Below, one piece after another: positions 1 to 12,442 of a stretch of DNA of 64,000 nt. The notes below the pieces were generated by a model that was not told where the DNA came from, ran no database searches, and saw nothing but the letters and a program-made list of their open reading frames with translations. This stretch comes from Eledone cirrhosa (lineage: Eukaryota): the NCBI GenBank assembly GCA_964016885.1, contig OZ024742.1, positions 47,554,001 to 47,618,000 of the forward strand. Direction: 5' to 3'. Position 1 is the stretch's first letter, and the number at the start of each line of letters is the position of its first letter. The translations under genes were made by a program, and so were the position numbers.

Positions 1-295
1 GTGAATGGGCCTTCACTCTACATCAGACTATAGGTGAGGAAGATGAAAGACCAAGGGAGCACCCCTTCTCTGTGCTCCTGAGGAGAAGGGTTGCACACTT
101 TTTTCGGGGGTGTGTGCGACCCCCCAAGGCGCCTCCTCTCTATTGAGGATTTTGTTAAAAATTTTATTTTTTGTTATATCTTATTTTATTTTTATATTTT
201 GTTATTGCCTCCTCCTTATTGAGGACGCCTTTTTGTGTAAACTCCCCCCTTTGTACTTGTCCCACTTTTGATGCCCTAGTGGCAAATAAAAGAAA
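1..295 (+). mobile_element. 3' end (ORF2 tail and 3' UTR) of a Tx1/L1-like LINE
   Basis: Colinear with the 3' end of the Tx1-like copy at 38812-39075. Ends in a TGCC-CTAGT-GGCA hairpin plus AATAAA and runs into (TA)n. Confidence 0.8.
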
Positions 296-323
296 TATAT
301 CTATATATATATGTATATATATC

Positions 324-418
<95 letters not shown>
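296..418. repeat. (TA)n/(TG)n microsatellite
   Basis: Direct reading. Confidence 0.97.
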
Positions 419-420
<2 letters not shown>

Positions 421-904
421 ACATTTCTGTTAAGATCGTCTAGTTTCATGAAACCTTAGGTAATGGAATAATTATATTGTGTTGTTTATTATATAATTAA
501 ATAAAATCTTGAATGTGGCCGTCGACAAAGTATATACCCCAATCTCCCTCGAAATTCCTTTTATTACTTCCACTATCTACTGGGCTATGGCTACGAATTT
601 GATATAGGTCAACACAACATACTTGAAGGGTTACCTTTCTGCTGATTTACGAGCTCAATTCCGTTGGGGATGCGCGAATGCTGAATTCGCTAATTGACAC
701 GTGGATAGCACTTTACTCCAGTCAACATGACAGCTGGGAGAACATTTCAGGAACACATATGTCTGATGGGCACACTAGCTGAAGGACGTATGTTTTTTTT
801 TCTGTCGGTGTCATATCACTAAATCGAATTTCATCTGAGGATACCGTTCTCAAAACAACAACAAATGCCTGAATCACATCTTGATTGCATGCAATATATT
901 CATT

Positions 905-1705
905 TTTTATGGTTAAATGGTGAGAATTGCTACACTGGAGTTTCACCACTTACAGGATCATCAAATAAAACTAAATGTTCAATAACAGATGACTCGTGGA
1001 GGGGAATGGTATTTTTGAATGTGTGCATATGAAAAGAAAAAGGCGAAGAAAAGGGAAGTAAAGAAAGAACTAAGAGAAATAAAGAAGTTATAGACATGGT
1101 ATGTGTCATGATGATAATAATGTTGATGACAGGAGTTAGTAGGATTTTTTTATTTGACGGTTGTTTGCGTGACAATGAAGAATAGAATAAATGATATGAA
1201 GAGAAAATAAATCGGGTCGGTAAGTGGTTATATATCAATTGTTGGGGGTGAATAATGTACTTATTGAAAAATAAAATTACTTGAGAAAACAGTGGATGTG
1301 GTATATATGATAATGATGATGATGGTGATGATGATAATGAGGATGGTAAAGTTGAAATATGAATTATTAAAAATCAGTAGAATGGAAGTGGTGTTTAAAT
1401 TGTAGTAGGAGATGGACAAAATCAAATAAAACGGTTCAGTATATATTTACCTGTAGATTGTGATGGTAGGTGGGTTGGTGTATAAAGTATTTCGTGGATA
1501 ATGGATTTACTTTTGTAAACAGCAGGTGATGGTGATAACTTCAAATTAATAGGACATACAAAATGTGTTTATAATACAAGTGTTCACTTATGAATTTGAT
1601 ATTGTGTGTAGGTGTTTTCCACCTGTAATTCGAAAGTTATAAATAATTATTCACATTATGAAAGAAAGGACACACAAACAATTATATAGATTTCACTCCG
1701 AATTC
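905..1705 (-). mobile_element. Decayed Penelope-like/retrozyme-like remnant with a degenerate hammerhead motif
   Basis: Minus strand ~965-925 reads tTGATGA-tcc-tgtaagt-ggt-GAAA-ctccagtgta. Body is low-complexity and CAT-rich, and abuts TA/CT microsatellites. Confidence 0.35.
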
Positions 1706-1739
1706 ATATATATATATATAAATCTCTCTCCTCCCCCTC

Positions 1740-1797
<58 letters not shown>

Positions 1798-1809
1798 TAT
1801 ATATATATA

Positions 1810-2075
1810 TAAATTATTAAAAAAATAATGAATAAACAAAGAAACAGTTCCTTATATTAAACAAAAAAAGTTCATTATTTTACGATCGTTTCTAGGACAT
1901 ATATGTGTTAGAATTGGTATGCAGATAGTTTGTATAATATTGTACATAGATCTATAGAATATGCATACCAATTCTAACACATATATGTCCTAGAAACGAT
2001 CGTAAAATAATGAACTTTTTTTGTTTAATATAAGGAACTGTTTCTTTGTTTAATCATTATTTTTTAAATAATTTA
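1810..2075. repeat. Long inverted repeat (arms ~1810-1923 and ~1962-2075)
   Basis: Arms are near-perfect reverse complements with a ~38-nt spacer. Flanked by (CT)n(TA)n. Confidence 0.92.
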
Positions 2076-2207
2076 TCTTGACTCTGTTTTCCGTTTATTT
2101 TTCACCGAAAGTAGTTTTTGAATGCATCTCTTCTTTTCATGATATCCGGATTACATTGAGTTCTTCATACGGATTGGACACTACTGTAAACTTTTGGTAG
2201 ATTTATC

Positions 2208-2296
<89 letters not shown>

Positions 2297-2326
2297 ATAT
2301 GTGTGTGTGTGCGTGTATATATATAT

Positions 2327-2985
2327 CCCTGACCTGGCAGTTCTACAGAGGTTCTTTGCCAGAACGAGATAAGCTCTACCGACACGGAGGTGGCGTCAAC
2401 TGGGCTTGTGCTGCGTGTACGCAGAGTGACGAAACCGACCTGCATGCATTCCTCAAGTGTCTGAGTATTGCTGACCTGGGGGGTATGTTGAAAAATTGCT
2501 GTCACGTGTTTGCCAGATCCAGCTATCGACTGAGTCCATTGTGAAAATCGCCCCGCCGTCTTCCTTTAGAGGGGACGCACCTGAAAGATCTGAGGACAAG
2601 CACTTTTCTCTTCGGCAAAGCTCTAATCAACCTTTTCAGGTTTCACCTGAAGAGAAAAAGCAGGGTGAAAGGTGGGTGAGTGAGGTGAGCATCGTCGGAG
2701 GGAATGCGCTTACTCTGACTATGCGTCTGTAATTTACAGGAAAATTACTAAGAGAGGGTACTTGCCCTAGCAGTCAATGTTACTATTGGATTTGTGTGGG
2801 CTTTCTCCATGACTGACCATCGTAGGTATTCCCAATTTTGAGGAATGTTTACGTTTTTATTTTAAATGTATAATTTTAGTCATCTTTATAAATATTTCCC
2901 TCACACAACAAATCCAAACTGTAATGTGCTGCACTGTCCTTATTGTCCTCTTAATGTAAACCCCGTTTGAATAATAAAGAAACTA
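2327..2985 (+). mobile_element. 5'-truncated Tx1/L1-like LINE (C-terminal zinc-finger region and 3' UTR)
   Basis: [19 protein letters not shown]...CAACTQSDETDLHAFLKC matches the other Tx1 copies. Ends AATAAAGAAAC followed by (ATT)n. Confidence 0.8.
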
Positions 2986-3024
2986 TTATTGTTATTATTA
3001 TTATTGTTATTGGCTATGGATTGA

Positions 3025-3232
3025 CTATCGGTATAGCTTCGGGTACACTGCTTTGCAGGCGAGAGTTACGGCTCTTTACGTTCAAATCCTGTCGAGGCAA
3101 GCTTTGCTTTGAAGTGGTGTCTATTGCGATAAAATAAAGCACCAGTAATACATTGGAGTCGATTTAATCGAATTTCCCTTCCCCCAAAATTATTGGCCTT
3201 GTTGCCTAAAGTAGAAACAATTATTATTATTA
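3025..3232 (+). mobile_element. SINE copy (tRNA-derived type, GTTCAAATCC B-box-like motif, (ATT)n tail)
   Basis: Shares the gttcaaatcc...gataaaataaagNaccagtaat...ggccttgtgccNaaagtagaaacaattattatt body with about 10 other copies in the window. Confidence 0.8.
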
Positions 3233-3897
3233 TGGTACTAATATCAATCAAGTATTTTGTTTCTCGAATACTAAAACAAGTATTGTTAATCATTGAAGTT
3301 GTGTCTATTACACTGGCGTAGTTGATTTGGGTAAGTAGATATTGATGCAGAAATGTCACGATATTTTGACATTATTTCAGTATAAATTGGCACAGACACG
3401 AATAGAAGTGAACATTATAGAAGAAGAGGTTTGTTTCTAATATTGTTTTGACTTGTAATATCAGAGTTCCAGCTGGCCGCATTGACACGCATATTTTCTA
3501 ATCATATTTCGCTACCAGCGATATGTATAATCGATTATAAGAGCACTATGACTTATTTCCGCCAATAAATATTTACTGTGTGACCTATTTAAGATGATTT
3601 TCCACTGTAACAGCAGCAACAAAACTACTATTAATAAATGATCTATTAAATTTAGGGTTTTATCTTAAAGGGGCGATACTAAATCAGTAGAATTATCTAT
3701 CGTTTAGATATTCTCATAATATTTAAAGCGGTCAAGATGATATAAATTTCAGAATATTTTATATAATGGCTGTGTGGCTGTGTGAATTTCTGTACGCCTG
3801 TAAGGAGGAGGAGTACTCATCACTGTAATATAGTTTTCAAACATGGTGGAACGTTGGTCAAATAAATATAGAATATGATAGTAAATATAGTTATTGA

Positions 3898-4100
3898 TTG
3901 ACAGTATCGGCAGAGCGTCGGACACCATGCTTCGTGACAGAGTTATGTCCCTTTACGTTCTAAATTCAAATACCGCCGAGGTTAACTGACTTTCCCTTTC
4001 ATCCTTACTGGGTTGATAAAATAAAGTAACAGTGACGCACTGGGATCGATTTATTCGCCCCTCCCCCCACAAAAAAAATAATGTTGACTTTATGCCTAAA
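3898..4100 (+). mobile_element. SINE copy
   Basis: Same family body: ttcaaataccgccgaggttaac...tttcatcc...gataaaataaagta. Confidence 0.75.
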
Positions 4101-4157
4101 GCAGAAACTATTCATTGGATATTGTAGTTCTGCAGAATAAGAATTATCACTTAAATG

Positions 4158-4348
4158 AATAATTGTTTCTACTATTGGCACAAGGCCAGCAAATACCCAG
4201 TACATTACTGGTACTTTATTTTATCGACCCCGTAAGGATGAAAGGCAAAGTTAACCTCGGCGGGATTTGAACTCAGAATGGCAAGGGCCGTAACTCTATG
4301 CGTTAAAGCATGGCGTCCGACCCTCTACCGACACTGCCAATCCACTTA
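4158..4348 (-). mobile_element. SINE copy (tail-to-tail with the previous one)
   Basis: Reverse complement of the copy at 56930-57108. Confidence 0.85.
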
Positions 4349-5759
4349 AATGAATAATTAAGGCACGTTAGATTTCATGCATTTATAAGGCTTTAACTTG
4401 ATTTAGTTTGTGCAATAATGTATTGAAAGAGACGAAAATATCTGATGAAATGTTTGTCGAGAAAGATCTAATGAAAACATCAAAGGCTGTTCGAGTAAAT
4501 ATTGGTCAGGTCTCTTGCATTTGAAATGTTGTTTGGCATATGAAGTAAATAATTGTTTCTATATATCTGTAATTGATGACGAACATAATACAATTAGCTA
4601 CAGTAGAGGATATATGATGTAAACCAAATATTTGCACAGATCGAATAATGACGTTTCGGGGTTCCAAACGTCAATGCGAAGCATCATTTTAAAACTGTTT
4701 ACAAAATGATTTAATTACCGTACTTTGTACAAAAGTAAAACATGGATATTGCACGTCGAGCGTATCAGTCTTACGTATAAGCATCTACAATTTCAGAAAT
4801 AAATAAATAAAGTCATTTAGATAAGTAATGCAGAATGATTATATATATATAATATGACTAGTACGTGTACTATTGATTTACTGAGCCCCAAATTGTCAGA
4901 ACAATGTGTTTATACTTAAAAGATTTTACTCAGTAATCATAACATAACTCAATCTTGTATTAACAATAGTTTTTATACGTATTTTAATTGGTAGAGCATA
5001 TGATCAAATAATGTAGATGATAGAATAAAAGCAATCGTATCGATCCCAGAATAACTACTTTTAATAATTTACTCATAATAATCAAGGTGTAACATAGACA
5101 CATTTAACCCAAACACATAATTATTTCTTTACCTAACCTATAGAAATTCTCTTCTAGGTAATGATTATGACATTTGAAGTGTGCACTAAATTATTATTGC
5201 CGAAACAAATTTAACGCTAGCGACGAATCACATCAAATCCAAATATATAGATATCATCATTAATATAAAATCATTGACATAATTATTGGTGAAAATATAG
5301 TGGCAATAAAAAAAGATTCAAGCATAACGCCATCATTTAGGAGATAAGATCGGAAAGATTAAGATGCGTCAATAAACATCGAAAATGTATTGTGACAAAA
5401 GGAAATCTGAATAAAAATAGATAAGATGATGGAAATAACTAAGTGTTGAGAACTTATATCAGGAGAGGATGCTAAATAAACGAATAAAATCCCTCCTCTC
5501 CTGGAAGAAACAAAAATAAAGTAGCTATGCTCCTCCTGAGAATGTATAAGTTTTACTGCTGTGCATTTATCGAGCGATCAGCTGTGGGCGTATTAAATGA
5601 GCTGAAGTTCTGGGTCTGGCTCGGTTCTAACCTTCAGTGGAGAGTGATTGGAAAGGGATCACATGCACGCTGGTTAGTTTCTACCACATATGTGCAAGCT
5701 GTCCCTCAATAATCAGGGGGAAATGGCTAATATCGACATAATGTCCCCATAGAATCCCG

Positions 5760-8157
5760 TTCCTCACCCAACATGTCTTTACTTAGAAAAGGCAGCGTAA
5801 ATGTACGTGGCCTGGAGTCATCTTGTAAGTAGGGCCGCCTGCTTAACGACCTCAGGTCACTGAAGATAGATGTGGTGGCCATTAGCGAGACCAGAATTTC
5901 CGAAGCACGAGGCTTCGCACCTGTCTTCTGCCGATACGATGTATACGTATCTCCCAGCCTTCTGGGAGCAGGGGGCGGTGTTGCTGTGCTTTTTCAGAGA
6001 AGATTGGATCTCACCAAACGGGCCATCTTCCAGGACCCAGAAGGTAAGTCGGTGTTGATGGACCTGATCGGCAACGAAGCCAATGCTTTCAGGCTAGTAG
6101 CCGTCTACGCGCCAACAGTGGCATGACTACCAGATCTTTTCAGACGTCTAGAGACCTTTCTGGGAACGTCCCACTCTTTAGTTGGTGACTGGAACGGTAT
6201 CTTGGATGCACGCTAGGATTATGTGGGGATAGTACATAAGGGAGGAGGATGTAAAAGCCTCAAAAACCTGCTCAGATGTTTTGAACTGCCTGACAGGTAT
6301 AGACTAGATTATCCGAATGTGCCAATGTGGACATGGGAAAATCGCATCGTGTCATCCAAATCGTATTTAGATAGGATATTCTTTAAGGAAACAGATAAGG
6401 CTAGTGTAGGTTGTCGACAATTTAAAGTAGTCGACTACACGGACCACAAATTTCTGATCTGTGAAGTTGACTTAGGTAGACTCCATAGGCAAGCGCCCGG
6501 TTACTGGGAGCTGAAAGCGTCGATCCCGGCACGCAAAGCTCGTCAACAACCGGTGGTGGTTTGCCCTGAAAAGGGCAATTAGAGTAGAATGGATAAGGGT
6601 TAGCATAGGAGTAACGATAGAAGAAAATAGAGTAGTGGGAGACCTTGTTAGAAAGCTAGAAGAGGCGTTTAGGACATGCATCGCAACAGATGTGCTTGCG
6701 TTGAGATGGGTACCCGACCAATTCCTCAACGAAAAGCATGAAACCTGCGTTGTCAGAGCTCGGGAGCTTGCTCTGAGACAAGGGGGGAGGAAAGCCGTCC
6801 AATGGGCCCGGGTGAAAGAGGCGCCACGTCGCAACAAAGCCACAATTCGGTCTTTGCCTGACCAAACAGAGACATCTGCTCGGCTGTGAGTGTGAACAGT
6901 CACCTGTCGCAAGTGTTCAGCATCATGCACGCGGTCCGCCAGTGTTCGCCCCGTTCGATCATCTTATACGTATTGGCCCTCGCGCCGTTACAGAACAAAT
7001 TGGAGACTATGAGTGGCGTCTCACGCGAACCTGGATGCGGGAGGTCCGTATCGACGTCACCATGGTGTTGTCGAGCACCAGACACGTCCAGATGATCGGC
7101 TCTCAAGGAATACGGAGCGGTGACAGGAGCAAAGAAAAACCAGGAAAAGTCGAACGGCTTGCAACTCGGCTCCTGGAGAGGCAAGTCCATGCCTCCAGAC
7201 AGCATCGCGGGCGCTGGAAGGAAGCACCTGTTAAATTGCCCGGCGTCTGCTACGGTGAACAGATGTGGTCGCCGTTTACCAGACGCGTTTTGCCCAGCTC
7301 GCCTCATTCACGGAGCTGCAGTCCTGGATGAGGAAAAGATGGCAGGATACTGCTTGGCAGCTGGAATGTATCCAAGCGCTCACCACCTTCTATCATCTGG
7401 GCACTAATATCGGTGGAACATCCAACTAGGCGTTCTTTAGAGGACTAGTGGATGAGAATAGCAACGACCTTCTCGGGGAGACCCTGGGCGTCGAAGACGA
7501 TCAGCTGGTCGCTCTCTTCGAGAGAACTTTCAGAAATCCTTAGCCTGGCAGTGCTACCGAGGAGCGTTGCCGGTTCGAGATAAGCTCTACAGTCACGGAA
7601 GTGCCGTCAACCGAGTCTGTCGGAGATGCGCGCAAGGCGACGAAACCGCTGTGCAAGCACTCGTACAGCAGGCAGTTTCCATTTGTCTGGTTGCTATGGT
7701 TAAATAGATTGTGTGTTGTACAAGGCTGAAAGGATTACAGACCGGACACTTTCCTCTCCGGTGAATCCCTGATTAACTTTTTCAAGTTTCACTTGAAGAG
7801 GAAAATCAGGGTGGAGAGGCAAGTGCTGCGTCTAGTAAGTTTGTTGAAAGATGAGTGAAAGTGGGGCGTGAACAGGCCCACTCTGAGTATGCGCCTGCCG
7901 CCTGAGGAGTGGGAGAACTACGAGAGTGCGCTTGTCCTGGTGGCCGTGGTCTTTTGTGTTGTTTTCGCCATGAGTGACACTCGGAGTTTTTCCCACCGAT
8001 TGGGTGATTTTTGTTGTTTGAATATTGTATTTGTTTCTACACATTTCTATGTTTTTTGTTATAACCTTTTTTACGCGGCCAAAACCCGTTTTGTATTTCC
8101 TGTGCCGTCTGTAATGTTTTTCTTCATGTTAGCCCTTGTGGCTAATAGAGAAACCGT
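5760..8157 (+). pseudogene. Decayed Tx1/L1-like ORF2 (APE endonuclease, partial RT, zinc finger) with internal deletions and 3' UTR
   Basis: ATG at 5773 MSLLRKGSVNVRGL, then VAISETR, VAVYAP, GDWN, LDRIF, TDHK, GYWEL and VRQCSP. Many stops and frameshifts. Ends at (CAT)n. Confidence 0.88.
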
Positions 8158-9039
8158 TAACATCATCATCATCATCATCATCTTCCTCCTCCTCCTCATC
8201 ATCATCATCATCATTGTCATTATTGTTTTTGTTGCTTTTAGTTGTAATTGGTTTCGCCGTATGATGGCGTTGTTTTCGTATAATCGATTTCTATGTAGGA
8301 AAATATATAAATCTTGTGTTATATTACACTGAACAAGTTAAACTAAAACTCTGATTTTCAAGTTATTAAAAATATAATATAATAAAAAAAATAGAGAAGA
8401 AAGCGCAATATCCATTGAATGAAAGAAAAGAAAAACTCATGTAATAAAAACATATTAAAACAATGGAAAAGAGGCAATATGTGACGAGAGACAGTTGATG
8501 AAAACAAAAAACATTTATAGAACACATCTATAGCGAATATCATTTGTTTATGCATATAGCATTTCTTGAAATTCTCCTGCAGTTTCTCATCGAGTGTAAA
8601 TAATGATACCTTCAGTGATCTGCACATTCAGACAGTATTAGCAGCAGTACAGAGAACTGTCCTCAGTGCAAATGTTTGGATAGCCAGTATAATGCACACA
8701 GATTGCAAACATTTTTCGTTATCAATGCAATGTAATTTCCGTTGGTTTGCTTACATTCATGAACTGTTTATCGATTACGAACGAATTCATGGTAAAGTTT
8801 ATACGGACGAAAAGAGTTTTGACAGACTTTTACACGGAAAGGAGAAATGGATTTATCACTGATCTCTTTTTTCAATATTCAATTTTGGTACAAGAGTTCA
8901 TATCAATAATAATAAAAATAATAATAACAACTGTAAGACATGTATTGTACTTAAATTATAACATCAATGCCAAGAATATCAAAATCAAGAGAAAAAAACA
9001 AACAAACAACAAATTAAACAAAAAAGCAATAATAATTCA

Positions 9040-9340
9040 AATAATTGTTTCTACTTTTGGCACAAGGCCAGCAATTACCCAGTGCGTTACTTTTACTTTA
9101 TTTTATCGACCCCGTAAGGATGAAAGGCAATTTAACATCGACGGGATTTGAACTCAGAACGTAAAGGGACGTAACTATGCTGGAAAGCATGGCGTCCGAC
9201 CCTCTACCGATACTGCCAATTCACCACTTTAGGCACCAGGCCAGCAATTAGAAGGGGATGAAAAGTTAATTAAATCGAAGCCAGTGCATTACTGGTGCTT
9301 AATATATCGACCCCGTAAGGAGAAAAGGCAAAGCTAACCC
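9040..9340 (-). mobile_element. One full and one partial SINE
   Basis: Family body on the minus strand at 9040-9230 and 9235-9340. Confidence 0.8.
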
Positions 9341-11417
9341 TCCTGGAGAGTGTTTGTCGGAAGTCTCCGATCTCTTTGGGGAATTTTTGTTTTAGTGTCA
9401 TGTACGTTTTCTGTGTGATGCGAGTGATTTGTATATGTGGGGGTGGTGTGAACTTTTGGGGTGTTGTGTAGTCTTTTTCTGTGATGCTGGTGTTGTGTTG
9501 CATGTAGTGTAATAATTGGTTGTTGTTCAAATTTAATGCTGTGTAGTGTGTATCGTTTTTGTTGTTTTGTTTTGTTTGCGTTTGTTGTGGGTTTGATTCT
9601 GTTTCGCTTTTTGGTGAATTTTGTTGTGTTGATGATGGTGGTGTTGGGGTTAATGATGGTGATGGTGTTGGTGTTTGTGGTGATGGTGTTGGTCTTTGTG
9701 GTGATGGTGTTGGTGTTTGTGGTGATGGAGTTGGTGATGCTGGTGTGGACGGTGGCATAGCTGTGCTAACTTTTTTGTTTGATAGTTTATTTGTTTCCCT
9801 CTGTATTTTGTTTGGGGGGGGGGGGAGAAGATTTTTTTCTTTTTTGGCTTCTTTTTCTTTTTTTCTTTTTTTCTTTTTTCCTGATACCGTTTCCCACTCC
9901 TCGTCGTCACAATCTGTCTCCAGTTGCGATAGGTCGGGGAGTGGAAAATCCTCCACAGGCGTTGGTTTTGGTTGCGGCGTGGTGCATGGTGTAGGTGCTG
10001 GTTCTAGTTCTGGCGCGTTGGGTGGTGGTGGTGTTGGTTTTCCTACTGTTGCTGGGGTTGTTGCTTCTGTTGTTTCTGCTACAGAAGTTGCTGCCATTTC
10101 TGCTACTGGTGGTGTTGATGGTTGAGTCAATGGGGTGGGTAAGAGAGGTGGCAGAAAGCCCTTAGGTGGGTTCCTTCACCACAAAGGACACACCTAGCCT
10201 TCTGCCCTCGACGATTACGGTGAGGTGGCTGATCAGTGAGGTCTATTACCTCTGATCTTCTCAATGCTTTTTGGTCCGCTTGGATCAGTAGTTCCATCCC
10301 AGATCCGGACCAGTTCTCATGCTTTTCTTTCGCTATTTCGATTATCTTGGTGTTGGCCACGATGCCGGCGAGGACGGCACCCATTAGCTAGGGAATTTCG
10401 ATGGCCGGTGAAACGTGGTGACCCTGATCTTCAGGAGTCTCTGGCCACAATAGCTTGGGACGAGTGTGAAGTCGTCACTTCTTAATGGGATCATGGAGTG
10501 TTCTCTGGCCTCTTGTGGTGTTCCAAAGAACACGTCCACGGTTCCATATTTCTGCCCACGTCTGATGTGGGTTTTTGTTGCCCATACATGTCCCAACGCT
10601 TTTTGGATTTGGGACTCGGATGCCCGTTCCACTGGGCGCGTTTTATGTTAATCGTCCGATAAGACACAGTGCATAGGCGCCGATGCTCCATTTTATTTGG
10701 TGTGGTGGTGGTGGTGGTGGTGGTGGTGGGGGGGGGTGACTGATCCTGTACACATCTTTTTTTACCATTCTCTTGGCCTCATCTAATTACCCCTGAGTTT
10801 TCTGGATCGTTTCGCATTTTTTGGCTGCCTTCGCAAAAGACACGATGTTATTCTCATTGTTGTTGTTGCTGCTGTTGTTATTGTTATTTTTGTTATTGTT
10901 ACATTTAGTTTCAGTTGTGGAGGTGGTGGCGTCAGTGGTGTTCTGTGTGGAAGAGTCCATTCTGGGTGAATCCATTAGGATGTCACGAGATAATTTATTT
11001 TTCTCTTTTGTTTCTGTTGTCGCTGTGGTGGTAGAGGGGGTGGCGGCTTCAACACCTGCAGTCATTGGTAATGGTGGGAAATGAATATCTGCATGAGACA
11101 AATTTAAAATATTGCTACTGCTTATATTGTTAGTGTTGGCAAACGTAGTAATATTTACAACGGTGGTGTCGGTGTGAGGTGTTAGTTTGTGAGGAAGGTG
11201 TAACTGCTGATCGTCCATGATTTTTTCAAAGAAATGTTTGTTTGATAATTATAAAAGTTTAAATTCTGGGCTCAAGGCCCCACTCTTTTTTAGTGTTCTT
11301 TTCAGAAAACAATGTATGTGCACTTATATACATTTCCATAAATGGCAATTTTAAACAACTGAAAACAACAAACCTTTGCGGAGCTCACGATAATATGATT
11401 TCCTACGTAGGTCACCA
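9341..11417 (-). mobile_element. 5' half of a Tx1-like LINE (5' UTR and frameshifted ORF1)
   Basis: SFAKAAK motif, ERASESQIQKALG and CCHC knuckle RCVLCGEGTHLRAFC, with a Pro/Thr-rich tail. Homologous to ORF1 at 30354-32359. The 5' end abuts (AAT)n. Confidence 0.82.
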
Positions 11418-11424
11418 ATAATAA

Positions 11425-11507
<83 letters not shown>

Positions 11508-11509
<2 letters not shown>

Positions 11510-11794
11510 CCGATACCAGGACCTAAAGTGGGAGGTGAAAAGGATTTGGAACTGCCATGAAGTCAAAGTGATCCCGATTGTCATAGGCGCACTGGGGACT
11601 ATCTCCAAAAGTTTCCAGGGATGGTTAAAGAAAATCGGCCCCTTCACGCTTTTTGGAACGCTTCAAAAGGCATGCTTGCTTGGAACAGCAAGAACCCTCC
11701 GATACGTCCTGAATATCTGAGGCTGCAGGTAGTGGCTTGATATTCATTCCAACGGACTTTCCAGTTAACCAACATCAATGACTGAGATTCAAGG
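11508..11794 (+). mobile_element. R4/Dong-like family A, short 3' fragment
   Basis: Near-identical to the 3' end of the copy at 17900-21366. Bounded by (AAT)n. Confidence 0.92.
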
Positions 11795-11840
11795 AATAAC
11801 AACAATAATAATAATAATAATAATTATAATAATAATAATA

Positions 11841-11902
11841 ATTGTTTCTACTTTAGGCACAAGGCCAGCAATTACCCAGTGCATTACTGGTATTTTATTT
11901 TA
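11841..11902 (-). mobile_element. SINE 3' fragment
   Basis: attgtttctactttaggcacaaggccagcaatt is the reverse complement of the SINE tail. Confidence 0.75.
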
Positions 11903-11919
11903 TAATAATAATAATAATA

Positions 11920-12354
11920 GTGGGATTTTAGGATACAGACGGACAAAAAACTGGAACACAATAGACCTGACCTGGTGGTTGTGGACAAAGAAAAAAGATC
12001 GTGTCTGATTGTGGATGTGGCCTGCCCTTTCGACACGAGAGTGCAAGAGAAGGAGAGGGAGAAAATTAACCGATACCAGGACCTAAAGTGGGAGGTGAAA
12101 AGGATTTGGAACTGCCATGAAGTCAAAGTGATCCCGATTGTCATAGGTGCACTGGGGACTATCTCCAAAAGTTTCCAGGGATGGTTAAAGAAAATCGGCC
12201 CCTTCACGCTTTTTGGAACGCTTCAAAAGGCATGCTTGCTTGGAACAGCAAGAACCCTCCGATACGTCCTGAATATCTGAGGCTGCAGGTAGTGGCTTGA
12301 TATTCATTCCAACGGACTTTCCAGTTAACCAACATCAATGACTGAGATTCAAGG
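11920..12354 (+). mobile_element. R4/Dong-like family A, 3' fragment (RLE domain)
   Basis: Encodes VVDKEKRSCLIVDVACPFD...RYQDLKWE. Bounded by (AAT)n. Confidence 0.92.
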
Positions 12355-12366
12355 AATAACAACAAC

Positions 12367-12438
<72 letters not shown>

Positions 12439-12442
<4 letters not shown>

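Noticed and set aside
420-470. GAAA-CCTTAGG-TA motif after (TA)n
   Set aside because: Upstream core and stem II are not recognisable.
4436-4475. CTGATGA...GAAA-GATC-TA hammerhead-like string
   Set aside because: No stem II pairing and only a weak stem I, so it is compatible with chance.
8358-9151. Short ORFs in unique AT-rich sequence (also 5527, 50296, 58627, 62618)
   Set aside because: No recognisable domain or exon structure. Small host exons cannot be excluded without transcript data.
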